IMG/VR virus record: IMGVR_UViG_3300016667_000484
Location: 131,339 to 195,338 of that record
Source: a virus
Taxonomy: Duplodnaviria > Heunggongvirae > Uroviricota > Caudoviricetes
Strand: one strand, 5' to 3'
DNA length: 64,000 bases
Below are positions 10,901 to 20,111 of this stretch, piece after piece (the first letter of the stretch is position 1; the number at the start of each line of letters is the position of its first letter). A program made the translations under genes and the position numbers. Under the pieces are notes generated by a model. It was given only the letters and a program-made list of their open reading frames with translations. It searched no databases and had not been told where the DNA came from.

Positions 10901-13483
10901 AAGCTTACTTGCTTCTGATGTGCTGAGAGTCGGGAATGGCGGAACAGATATACGTGCGAGCAACATTCCTCGTGTTGGCTCTTGAGGATATGATGGATTC
11001 TCTGAAGGAGTGCCTTTGATCAACTCAAAGTTGCCGTTCTTATCAATGATGACGATGTCGTTTCTACCCAGGTAGTATGAGTAGTTCGACTCAATGCTCT
11101 TATTAGGTGCTGGAGTTAGAAGATCGGCGAATGTTTGAGCAGAAGTTGGGTTAATCGTGGCGTCAGCCGGAGCAATTGCATAAGCAGCCGTGTTTAAGGC
11201 GTATGGGCGTAGGTCAATTACATCACGCAGGTCGTAAGAGTTTCCATCGCTAGATTTGAACGAAGGGATGTTCTCTGTACGAATCTTATCGCTTGGAAGA
11301 GGAATAGTCGTGTCGTTGATTGGATAACTATCAACAGTAAAGAAGTGTCCGGTACCTGTCTTCAACGCAAAAACTTTAGCCTTTACGATGATCTTGTCGT
11401 TAGCACCAATTGTAATTGACTTCTTCTTATTCAGCGTAGATAGGCCGTAGATGTTATCATTTTGGTTCGAATCGATTCGGAAAGAATCAGATACACTGTT
11501 CGTCGTCTCATTGTTTGCCGCGTTGTTTTCAAGTGTTGCCCAAGACGTAGCAGACGTGCCTCTCCAGACACCGACGAGTTCATAAGCATCGGCCATACCA
11601 AGAGACCATGGGCCATTCACACCGTTTGTCGCGGTGTTGGCTTGAATCTTGATGTATACTGTCTTAAGCTCTTTTTTACGAATAGAAACCTGTTTTTTCT
11701 TTACACTGTAGTAGGAATTCACCACAAGGTTTTCACCTGGGTTCTTAGCAAGAGTGACTGTTAGGTTTCTACCGGTAGAGTCGAGAGAAGCAGAGTTGAT
11801 TGCAATCGATTCACCGGATGTAATGCCACCACCAGAAGCAGAATTCGCGACCACAATGATGTCGAGAAGCTCATCACTATTCAATGATGAGCTTGGTGTG
11901 TATGGGAATACATCAGGCGAAGTAACAGTTAGTGTTAGGCTATTAGTGTTTATCGTATTAGCGGAAAAGGTGCGATAAACAAAGTCAGTGTTCACTGAAT
12001 CAATTGCTTTAACAAACGACTTACCAATTGGGAAGAACAACTTGTTGAAAGTTTCGTCTTTTAGCACGGCATTTCCAGAGACTAGGACCGTGTTAGCCGA
12101 GCCGCCCGACGCTGAAGTAATTCCAACTACATCAGCAAAGGTGTAGGCAGAGCTCTTCATCTTCGTGCCCTGTAGGTACAGACGATAGTTACCATCTACC
12201 TGTTTTGTGACAGCACGAACTCGTGAAGTACCAATTTCAACAGTGGTGTTTCCAGCGCGATAGAAATTAACAGTCTCCATCGTGCTTGTGTCAAACTTTC
12301 CTTTGAAGTTGTTGACGATAACATATGAACCGTAGTTGGCGTTGATGTCTTGACCGGTCACCGTTCCAAATGTGTTTGCTTCTGGGAGGTCAATGTCGAT
12401 GGCGTTCAGAAGTTCAACTCTCTGTCCATCAACGTAAGCAATGCCTGGATCAATATACACCTTCAAGTTGCTGGTGTTTGCTGTGTCAGTTCTTACCGAG
12501 ACGTCGAAACGATTCACTACGTAGTCACCAGACTCTTCGCTGGTTCTACGCTCCATCTCTTTTTCGATCTTGTTGTATTGAGTTGTCAACTTACGACGAA
12601 CGACTTTGCCGTTCGCATATTCTTGAATTGCAAAGAATGTATCGTCACCTGCTGCTTCTTCAACAGTCTTGACGACCAATCCAGGCGATAGCTTTACACG
12701 GTCTGCACCTGGTGCGTTTTCGTTGTTGAAGCCATTCGCGTTGTCAAGAAGACTCGAGTCTGCGTTGCTGTCGATGATCTCTTCGATCGTTTCAAAGCCT
12801 ACCACTACACCATCTGGCTCGTTTGAATACTTTGACACAATAGTGAGAGCATCGGTGAATCGAATGAAGTGACCTTTCTGATAGATGATACCATCGCCAC
12901 AACGCACGCCGTATCCAGTGCCAACCGGTGTTCCTTGAACGTCAATCGCTGAAGGCGCGACAGTAACGACATGATAAGGAATTGAGTAATCGCCATTCAC
13001 ATCAAGAGAGTACAACTGCACAGCTTCACCGGCGGTGAACGTCTTGATGTTGACGTCGTTCAGCACCTTTGAATTCGTGTACTTGATGAACAGTGTGCTG
13101 AGGTTAGGCGATTGCGACTCAAGGCCGTACTCGGTCGCGATTATGATACCTTCAACACCATTCACCAGACCAACGGCCTTCAGTCCAACGTATTGATTAA
13201 CATCAGTGCTAACTTCGGCACCAGAAGAGTTCTTCGCGATGTCGAGAAGCTTTACATACGAAAGTTTCTTCTCTTCAACGAAGTTGCCACCCTGAATGAT
13301 AGTACCTTCAGTCAAGATGTTGTTACCAAATCGCTCAATCTGATTCTGCAGAATCGTTTGGAGTTGTGTTAGCTCTCGAGCCTGCACAGCTACGGCTGGT
13401 TTAAACAGAACGCGATGAAAGTTCTTCGTTTGATCGAAGTCATCAAAATATGGTGATTGGTTAAAATCAGTCTTAAGACCCAT
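7949..13483 (-). CDS. Large virion structural protein, VrlC/DUF4815-like
   Basis: N-terminal TDFNQSPYFDDFD..KNFHRVLFKP..AVQARELTQLQTILQNQIERFG, APGADR, RFKNGIFVDNF, DPIAQTF; C-terminal VPRLKDLRALAL. Confidence 0.85.
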   Translation of the reverse strand: MGLKTDFNQSPYFDDFDQTKNFHRVLFKPAVAVQARELTQLQTILQNQIERFGNNILTEGTIIQGGNFVEEKKLSYVKLLDIAKNSSGAEVSTDVNQYVGLKAVGLVNGVEGIIIATEYGLESQSPNLSTLFIKYTNSKVLNDVNIKTFTAGEAVQLYSLDVNGDYSIPYHVVTVAPSAIDVQGTPVGTGYGVRCGDGIIYQKGHFIRFTDALTIVSKYSNEPDGVVVGFETIEEIIDSNADSSLLDNANGFNNENAPGADRVKLSPGLVVKTVEEAAGDDTFFAIQEYANGKVVRRKLTTQYNKIEKEMERRTSEESGDYVVNRFDVSVRTDTANTSNLKVYIDPGIAYVDGQRVELLNAIDIDLPEANTFGTVTGQDINANYGSYVIVNNFKGKFDTSTMETVNFYRAGNTTVEIGTSRVRAVTKQVDGNYRLYLQGTKMKSSAYTFADVVGITSASGGSANTVLVSGNAVLKDETFNKLFFPIGKSFVKAIDSVNTDFVYRTFSANTINTNSLTLTVTSPDVFPYTPSSSLNSDELLDIIVVANSASGGGITSGESIAINSASLDSTGRNLTVTLAKNPGENLVVNSYYSVKKKQVSIRKKELKTVYIKIQANTATNGVNGPWSLGMADAYELVGVWRGTSATSWATLENNAANNETTNSVSDSFRIDSNQNDNIYGLSTLNKKKSITIGANDKIIVKAKVFALKTGTGHFFTVDSYPINDTTIPLPSDKIRTENIPSFKSSDGNSYDLRDVIDLRPYALNTAAYAIAPADATINPTSAQTFADLLTPAPNKSIESNYSYYLGRNDIVIIDKNGNFELIKGTPSENPSYPQEPTRGMLLARISVPPFPTLSTSEASKLKKSNYGVSVSSNQTQRYTMKDIAGIDQRITNLEYYTSLSLLEKKAKDFLVTDATGADRFKNGIFVDNFDNLTLADVNGGEFAAAVDSSVKDITPPIRQYPLNLVVSGSSNVTNNAGKFATLNYTSTALPSVSQPFATAVKNCTTSFYNYAGKMTLNPPYDSGPETKIAPDVNFDTNIAQPFIEFTENLGNIIPLITTDTEVIDSDRTGFLGLRRTTTSAITTTELVTTEGTANTTSVGDFVRDVSFQPFMRAATIGIQAVGLRPNTRHYVFFDGNLIVGVEGLAQAAPAQFNDVGQIVRTADWGTAIMSDSRGRLIAVMHINEGKFYVGDRKVEMMDVNSLADRDAATSYASAVYSAYNFSVTKSGVSTTTRPPQFDVVTTVETVTQSSGSDPIAQTFIIDGSLSNDTDVFITKLDLYFARKSKVGKGVGVQIREVVNGYPAGKAIPFSSVHLDASEVNAPTINVSSSGSTKTTVTFEGPVALKVNTEYAIVIAPDGNDPDYLVWICRTGEADVDTNKYVTQDSNAGVLFTSTNNRAWTPYQNENLKFTLYAANFSPKSGSVDLTNDSNEFFTVQNATGIFLGGEQVFPVKTSFANGTISTTAGSDVVTGSGTAFNTDYVVDEYIIIKNGTKYNARKIKAITNNTSLTTYAPFLNTNTGLNHYAAPVGDMIYYNQDSPPRMILQGSSAKEKVGLKFLAGQTIYGEDSDVTAEIVSVDDLPISYVQPQIYRSNFTKTRTTLIATELYNGVSAVSRDMNFNNTNYLSDNDYYIRSKSNNPAGSNFVLRVNMENVSSSNSPETSPVIDHEISSVLVAEYLVNSANTTNDIDGSELIGLGNASAKYVSKLVTLADGLDAEDMRVILGAYRPTGTEIRVYARFKSATDIREMNQIEWTPLVLKPESNSTSSAVNRYDYREYEYALSTSTKTVGQGAWDNNGVINYIASIDGNDVLFTNYKYFAIKIVMLADSHSQVPRLKDLRALALS

Positions 13484-13494
13484 TTGGCTTCCTC

Positions 13495-15603
13495 TTAGAA
13501 TTCAATAACTAGCTTTATGCGTTCTGTCTGGTCTACATCACGAGTAATTGGTACGAAGTTTTCCACGTACATAATCTCTCCGCTTCCATCGATCATCTTA
13601 TTCTTTGACTCATCGATGTCAATAAGAGAAGCAATCGCTTGCGATACCTGACCCTTGAAGCTATTTATGGTGTTTGTTCCGGTGTCAGACAACAAGAACA
13701 TACCATTCATGTTAGTTACTGCTATTATTCCGGTGTTTACTGTCGCGAGTTGAACTTCATGAACAACACCTGTTGCAGTAGCCGAAAATGTGTTATCATA
13801 ATCGGTGACAACGCTATTTGCGCCTGAAGTTAAGCCATTGACGGGTAGGCCAACACTGAAATAACTAGTCGGTGCGGTGATTGTCAACACGTTCATTTGG
13901 CGTGAAGTTACAACACCGGTTGATACGATTCCACCTGCGTTTGTCTGCTCAATGGTCTCACCATCGATAAACTTATAGGCATCTTCTAGATCGGTCAATG
14001 TTAACTTGACAATGTCTCCAATCGCAGTCATGTTCAATCCTGACTGGACGACATACTCATCGGTTTGGAATCCCATGTTGTTGATGCCGTCGTCAAGGAT
14101 CTCAACAGTGTAAATCGCTCTTTGATCAAAAGTCTCGAAGCTTCGGTCGATCGAATAGATATATTTACTAATCGCAGATGTTTGACCCACGATAGCTGTG
14201 TTAGCATCAAGTATAGACGTATTTGAAGTTGTTGAGCTTGAAGTCTCAAAGAAGCCACGGATGTCTGTGATGCTTACTGTGTTTCCACTCAAGCCACTAA
14301 TTTTGGCTGACGCACCTGTAGAAGGTTGGACGATGATCTCACCGCTCATCAGGCCTGAAGACGCGGCTGACTCGGTCAACACGAGATTACCGTCTTTGAA
14401 CAGTGGGTCTTTGATGAGGCTAATCTTACGATAGTCGTTTACAGCTGGGATCGTGCTTGATTCTGTGCCGGCGAGTTCTACAGCGATGCCTACTCGACTC
14501 GCATACAACTCATTGACCGCATCTGAGCCATGACCACCTGGAGGAGAGATTACCGCACGGACAGTCGCAGATGAAGTAGTCGCGACAGCAGTCGTTCCGG
14601 TGTTACCCACAACTTCCACTGAAGCATATGTATACTTTTGACCACGATTGATGATCGTGATAGATTCGACCGAACCGTTGTTCGCGTTGATGTCACATCT
14701 TGCTCTCGCACCTGCACCGTCGCCTGAGATGATGACTCGAGGTGAGATGATGAATTCGCTTGAGCCATCAGGAGTTATATCAAACGGACTATCAATCAGA
14801 ACCGATTTCTCTCCGCCTGACGTAAAGTAATCTACGATTGTTCTAATCTGGCCTGCACCAATTCCCGAGTTGATATAGATCGAGCAGTTTTCATAGAACG
14901 CGTCGTTGGAAGAAAGCGTCATATTTGAGCTTTCAATCGTGTAGATCAGGTTGTTTCCACCGACAGTGATTTCTCTGAATGTACCAGTCGCAAAGCTATA
15001 GTACGAGAAGCCTGGATCTTCAATGATGATCGTATCAATAGAACCGTCGATTGCATTTGCGACTACGTCTGGATTCTCAAAGACTGGGACATAACCCGCC
15101 ATCGCGAACTTAAGATATTGCGCGGCTGTGATAGTGTACATGTACTTCCATTCATAGTCATCGGAAGTCTTGTAAAAATCATCGGCTGGGTTGACTTCGG
15201 AACGCTTTGGCTGAGCGGTAGAAGCAGCACCACCATTGTTGTTCAAGCACTTAAAGACGTGGTATTCGCTCGCCTCACGAGATACAACGAAGAAGTTCTT
15301 TGTCTCTGGTGACTCCAGATTAGAGTCATACATATCGTAGACCGTGCCGGAAACCCATGGAACGTTGCGAATCATGTGAGTGACGTCTGATGATTTCACG
15401 TGCTTCCCAAAGATCAACTCATCATACATCTTGTAGTGGGTGCTATTGATGTCGGTACCAGGTTCAGGTGGAATCTGATCATTTACGAATGGAAGACTAC
15501 GGTGCGCACCAATGTAGTATATGGTGTTCTGTGGTTCACTCAGTGATTCAACGAATTGCTTAGCAACGTGAGTTCTGAAGTTCGATGTTATAAGCTTGGC
15601 CAT
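13495..15603 (-). CDS. Baseplate wedge subunit, gp8-like
   Basis: W.SGTVYDMY, YHVFKCLNNNGG, DDYEWKYMYTI, ISPPGGHGSDAVNEL; C-terminal SGEIMYVENFVPITRDVDQTERIKLVIEF. Confidence 0.85.
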   Translation of the reverse strand: MAKLITSNFRTHVAKQFVESLSEPQNTIYYIGAHRSLPFVNDQIPPEPGTDINSTHYKMYDELIFGKHVKSSDVTHMIRNVPWVSGTVYDMYDSNLESPETKNFFVVSREASEYHVFKCLNNNGGAASTAQPKRSEVNPADDFYKTSDDYEWKYMYTITAAQYLKFAMAGYVPVFENPDVVANAIDGSIDTIIIEDPGFSYYSFATGTFREITVGGNNLIYTIESSNMTLSSNDAFYENCSIYINSGIGAGQIRTIVDYFTSGGEKSVLIDSPFDITPDGSSEFIISPRVIISGDGAGARARCDINANNGSVESITIINRGQKYTYASVEVVGNTGTTAVATTSSATVRAVISPPGGHGSDAVNELYASRVGIAVELAGTESSTIPAVNDYRKISLIKDPLFKDGNLVLTESAASSGLMSGEIIVQPSTGASAKISGLSGNTVSITDIRGFFETSSSTTSNTSILDANTAIVGQTSAISKYIYSIDRSFETFDQRAIYTVEILDDGINNMGFQTDEYVVQSGLNMTAIGDIVKLTLTDLEDAYKFIDGETIEQTNAGGIVSTGVVTSRQMNVLTITAPTSYFSVGLPVNGLTSGANSVVTDYDNTFSATATGVVHEVQLATVNTGIIAVTNMNGMFLLSDTGTNTINSFKGQVSQAIASLIDIDESKNKMIDGSGEIMYVENFVPITRDVDQTERIKLVIEF

Positions 15604-15612
15604 TTGTTATCC

Positions 15613-16707
15613 TTAAGCTGACGTCACAGCTTCCCATGCAGTACCGTTGTAGAAATTAAGCTTGTTCGTAGAGGTATTGTAGATCATCAATCCAGCTGGA
15701 GGAGTTGCGATAGCGTTACGCTGAGTGGTAGTCATACGTGGTGGCAAGAAACCCTGCGTAGTGCTGTTGATCTGAACCTTTGCTGCAGCGTCAGGAGCAT
15801 TCGTGCCAATAGACAGAACACCATTGATGTAGTTCGGTGCAGTGCCATTTACGTATAAGTTCCAAGAAGTACCACCGCCAGTGGCCGTTGGGTTATTTGA
15901 GTAGAAGCTATACGTTGTTTTTCCGGCGATAACGTTTGCTGCAGTCGCCCCAGCAGCATAGAATTGGAAGTTGTTATTTGCCGCAGTAAGGCCTGCTGAG
16001 TTAAATCCATATTGGTTTGTGATGATTGTGTTAGCACCAATTGTCATCGGGTTGATGTCATAGTGTCTAACGTTGGTGATTGTATATTGTGTAGCAGATG
16101 CAGCGGTAGATAGAGATGTTCTAAATCCTGTTGCTGCGCTTGTCACGTCAGTATTAACTGTTGCACTGACTTGCATACCATATGCGCTAACACCACCGGT
16201 GATTGGTTTTGATATGTTAAGTCCGGTGATTGATGATACTGTAGGACCAACTGAAACGCACCCATCACCACGAATAATGATTTTAGATGTAAACGCACCA
16301 TTGTTCATACTGTTAATGATTAGGTGACCGGTTTCACTGCCAGCCGTTGGTGATGTTATAGAGGCTTCAATAGAAGCATATCCGACATCAGTGGCAGATG
16401 AATTTTTACCTCGGAATCTAATGTTTCCAATAAAGTCAGATGCAGCGGGAGAAGCACTGTCACGATAAAATACAATATCTGGTGCCGCAGACGCTCCAGA
16501 GTCAGTGCTAGTTACCAACAAAGCATCAGTAGTGCTCGTAGTTGTTACCGACAACGTACCATTAAGTGATCTGACCATGTTCTTCATCTCAGAAGAACTG
16601 ATCTGTTTTTCAATTCCCGCACTTGCGTCATACACTAAGAATATGTCGTTGTTAGCGACATCGGTGCCGAGCAATGACGTTAGTTGATCAATAGTTGTGT
16701 TTGCCAT
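15613..16707 (-). CDS. Short fibre/baseplate-associated structural protein
   Basis: N-terminal TIDQLTSL...DIFLVYD fibre-attachment motif; C-terminal STTQGFLPPRMTTTQRNAIATPPAGLMIYNT...YNGTAW. Confidence 0.7.
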   Translation of the reverse strand: MANTTIDQLTSLLGTDVANNDIFLVYDASAGIEKQISSSEMKNMVRSLNGTLSVTTTSTTDALLVTSTDSGASAAPDIVFYRDSASPAASDFIGNIRFRGKNSSATDVGYASIEASITSPTAGSETGHLIINSMNNGAFTSKIIIRGDGCVSVGPTVSSITGLNISKPITGGVSAYGMQVSATVNTDVTSAATGFRTSLSTAASATQYTITNVRHYDINPMTIGANTIITNQYGFNSAGLTAANNNFQFYAAGATAANVIAGKTTYSFYSNNPTATGGGTSWNLYVNGTAPNYINGVLSIGTNAPDAAAKVQINSTTQGFLPPRMTTTQRNAIATPPAGLMIYNTSTNKLNFYNGTAWEAVTSA

Positions 16708-16708
16708 G

Positions 16709-19700
16709 TTAAACAATAGCCTCCGTGCGGATCACAATGTAAGATCCAGATTTGGTTACAAGCGCATTACCTGACTGAGTAGTTAGGTTATTCGTTACAA
16801 TTTGATATGGTGTTATGCTACTATCAGCGACCATCACAGTTGAATCAATGTTCGAAACCTTAACGACCGATCCAAACAATCTCGTTCCAGCGACGTGGAA
16901 GACTTTTTTCAGGACTGTTTCGTATCGGTTGAGAGATAGACCAGACATAACATCATATGAATATTCTTGATAGTATTTATTGTCGTGTAATTTCTTCTCA
17001 GAGTTCAGGTGCGAGTTAGTTGTACGCCAGAATCCTTCGCTAACACCCTGTTTCTCTACTCGAGTCTTAGCGGTGATGATGAATGGATTCGTTCCATCAA
17101 CTGCCTCAAGCGTAACTTCCCCGTTGTTGATATAGCCAAAGCCCGATGACGTGACCTCGAGTCCCGTTGCGATACCACTCGCTGAGATTGCGTTAGCGTT
17201 CACCACACCGTTCTCACCGATAGGTGGAACTGTCTCATCGGCGATGAAGCTGTTGAGAGTAGCAGTCGTTCCTGTCTCGGCACCGCGAATTGGATAACCG
17301 TCAGTGAAAGCTATTGACACTGACGTTCTCTCGAGATATACTTTACCAGTGCCGGTATCATCGATCTCTGCAGCCTTCACACGACCTTTCACCGACGTAC
17401 TCGTCAACACAGTTTGCAGGATCTCTTCACCGACTCTGAATGATCCATTCTCTACGTTGCTTACGTTAAGGATCAGGTCATATCTTTGGTAGGCCGCTAC
17501 GTACTTGTTTCTCACCGCGACGAATGGGTCAGCTGTGTATTCTGTACCAGGGTTGATTCTCGACAGGACTGAGATAGCACCAACATCAGCGATAGTCGAG
17601 TTCAAGACGTCTCCGATGAAGTTGAAGTATTCGGCGTTAGGACTCTTAGGAAAGCCATATCCATAGTTCATCACGACTGCTACGTTTGCGTCAGTTCCTG
17701 CACCGTTGTTTGGTAGGATGAATGTTGGTGCAGTGTAGTAACCCGAACCGTTTGTGTCGACTGTGATCGAGGTGATAGCACCAGTTCCATCTGTCGTGAT
17801 GTATGCGTTGGCTGAGACTTCGGGTTCGCCACCAGCGAATCCACCACCGCTGAATCCGATTCGATCGTTGTTCGCGTAACCAGATCCTCCCGTGACGATA
17901 GTCATGCTCGAGACGAATCCAAAGCCTGAGTTCTCACCGTTCAATTGAATCTGACTATATGGCACTCCAACTGAGTTCACATCACCAATGATGTCGGTGT
18001 AGAATGTGACATTCTCTTCAATGTTATCAACAGCACCGATCTCAAAGTTAGCAGACTTACCACCTGCGATACGAGTGATTGCTTTCGTCAGTTCAATGAT
18101 CGTGTTGTTTGCGTATCTTGGTGGAGAGATTAGATCTTCTCGACGGGTGTAAAGATATGACGTATAGGTATTAGCGAAGTAGAAGATCGACGTGTTTCCA
18201 TAGACACCAACCGCAGTCGTATTTTGACCGATGATGATTCCCTCGACTGGAGTCACTTGAGTGGAATACACGATCGCGTTAGCCGAGGTGTTTGCTTCAA
18301 GGAAAGTGTAGTAAGCCCCAGCGTCATCAACAGAGTTTATCGTCAGCATCTTCTTAGTCTTGTCGCCACGAATCAAGTTACCAGTGTTGAACACACCGTA
18401 GTTGACGTCAACCACGATCGTGTTTCCAGACACCGCTGAAACCTGCCCACGGGCACCAATGGAGGATACGTACACACTCGTTGGAAGAGCCGACGCCGAT
18501 GATGTCACTCCAACGATGACCGTGTTCGCGTCAGTCTTTATAGTTCCAAACGCATCTTCAAGGATGACCACTGTCGTGTTAGAAGACGCAACTGTACCAA
18601 ACGCATAGCCGGTTCTAAGTGAGTATGTGTTAGCGGTGAACGTGATCGCTCCAGAGGTGATAGGAAGGCGATCGAGAACCAACTGAGTAGAACTGTTGAT
18701 GGCCTTAATGGTTGTTCCAACTTGGAACTCTCCAGTGCCTCCCGTCTTCACAAGAGGCTGGCCAACGATGAGGTTCGCAGTAGAAGATACATCAATCGTC
18801 GTGTTGGAAGTGCTGAGCGTCGAGGTGATACCTGTGACGACCATACCATATGACTGAGTGATGATCTGCTCGACCTTCTCACCATTCGTAAAGTTTCCGA
18901 CCTTATTCGTGAAGGTTACTTCATAGGTGCTCTCTTCATTGACGTACTCACCGATCTTATAGTTGGTGTTCGAACTAAGAGTGATGCTCTTTTGATCACC
19001 AAACGTTCCACTACTGACTTGAATGGTCATGATGCCATTCGACGTAGCTGTGGTGACTACCTCGCCGTTCGCATTTGTGTTAGCGACAGCGACGATGATG
19101 CCATTCGCAACAAGACTTCCGGCAGCTGTTTTGCCAATGATGTATTTTCCGACGGGGTTGTTTGCCAATACGTTTGTCCCGGATATGACCGAAACCTTTT
19201 CAATTGGCTGATACACAGTTTCGTATTGGATGAAGTCGGTGTTTGCGTTATCGACAAATAAAAGGGCGTCTGATACGAATACGTCTGTCGTGTTGTCAGC
19301 GGTGTAGCCCCAGCCGGGCTTGTAGATACTAAAGTCAACACGACCGGTCGCGGCTGAGACCGAAGTGACTTTCACCTTTCCCTGCACGCCTTCTTCTGTG
19401 ACGACATTGAATACGTCACCGACCGCGTTGTTTCTTCCACCAAGGATGATGTCAACAGCTGTCATAGATCCGATGATCTTTGGTGCCTTCGCGATCACAC
19501 CATTGTCGGTGATTCTTTCATTCGTCTTAAACGAACCACGAAGATCACTTAGGTAAAGTACGTCAAAGACTTTGCCTTTCACACGCTTACGAACGATGCT
19601 CTCAACAAATGCTTTCGCACCGGATTTTACTCCGGTTATTTGCTTGTTGAGAAAGCTCGAGTTTCGAGATGATACCGTTACTTCTAAGTAATATGGTTTG

Positions 19701-20110
19701 TACCAATCTGAATCCGAAGCACGTAAGATGTCTTGACCAGGATAATACACATCAACTTCTTCATTGAAGAGAAGCTTCATCAATAGCTCAAGAGACTGCT
19801 CAGTACCCTTTGTGCTATAATAGTCGTTGATGTGCTTGATCGCGAATCGCTTGTCAGTTACCGTGTTGAATGGAAAGTCAGCGAGATAGGTCGACTTAAA
19901 GTGCTTTATGAAGTCATTCAAAGAACTATCGATGTCGCCAATGTCAAATATCTGACGGCCGATCTTATATGAGTACATGTCATTCGACTGAAGGAACTCA
20001 TAATAAGCTTTGACGAATGCAGTGAGTGCTTCACCTTCTTCACGATATATCGCTGGGAATTGTGACTCAATAAGTTGAGCCACTTCTTTCGTGAATGCGA
20101 CCATGGTCAT
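16709..20110 (-). CDS. Baseplate wedge initiator, gp7-like
   Basis: IESQFPAIYREE, FVKAYYEFL, YSTKGTEQS; C-terminal LHDNKYYQEYSY...HVAGTRLFG; follows gp6. Confidence 0.8.
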   Translation of the reverse strand: MTMVAFTKEVAQLIESQFPAIYREEGEALTAFVKAYYEFLQSNDMYSYKIGRQIFDIGDIDSSLNDFIKHFKSTYLADFPFNTVTDKRFAIKHINDYYSTKGTEQSLELLMKLLFNEEVDVYYPGQDILRASDSDWYKPYYLEVTVSSRNSSFLNKQITGVKSGAKAFVESIVRKRVKGKVFDVLYLSDLRGSFKTNERITDNGVIAKAPKIIGSMTAVDIILGGRNNAVGDVFNVVTEEGVQGKVKVTSVSAATGRVDFSIYKPGWGYTADNTTDVFVSDALLFVDNANTDFIQYETVYQPIEKVSVISGTNVLANNPVGKYIIGKTAAGSLVANGIIVAVANTNANGEVVTTATSNGIMTIQVSSGTFGDQKSITLSSNTNYKIGEYVNEESTYEVTFTNKVGNFTNGEKVEQIITQSYGMVVTGITSTLSTSNTTIDVSSTANLIVGQPLVKTGGTGEFQVGTTIKAINSSTQLVLDRLPITSGAITFTANTYSLRTGYAFGTVASSNTTVVILEDAFGTIKTDANTVIVGVTSSASALPTSVYVSSIGARGQVSAVSGNTIVVDVNYGVFNTGNLIRGDKTKKMLTINSVDDAGAYYTFLEANTSANAIVYSTQVTPVEGIIIGQNTTAVGVYGNTSIFYFANTYTSYLYTRREDLISPPRYANNTIIELTKAITRIAGGKSANFEIGAVDNIEENVTFYTDIIGDVNSVGVPYSQIQLNGENSGFGFVSSMTIVTGGSGYANNDRIGFSGGGFAGGEPEVSANAYITTDGTGAITSITVDTNGSGYYTAPTFILPNNGAGTDANVAVVMNYGYGFPKSPNAEYFNFIGDVLNSTIADVGAISVLSRINPGTEYTADPFVAVRNKYVAAYQRYDLILNVSNVENGSFRVGEEILQTVLTSTSVKGRVKAAEIDDTGTGKVYLERTSVSIAFTDGYPIRGAETGTTATLNSFIADETVPPIGENGVVNANAISASGIATGLEVTSSGFGYINNGEVTLEAVDGTNPFIITAKTRVEKQGVSEGFWRTTNSHLNSEKKLHDNKYYQEYSYDVMSGLSLNRYETVLKKVFHVAGTRLFGSVVKVSNIDSTVMVADSSITPYQIVTNNLTTQSGNALVTKSGSYIVIRTEAIV

Positions 20111-20111
20111 A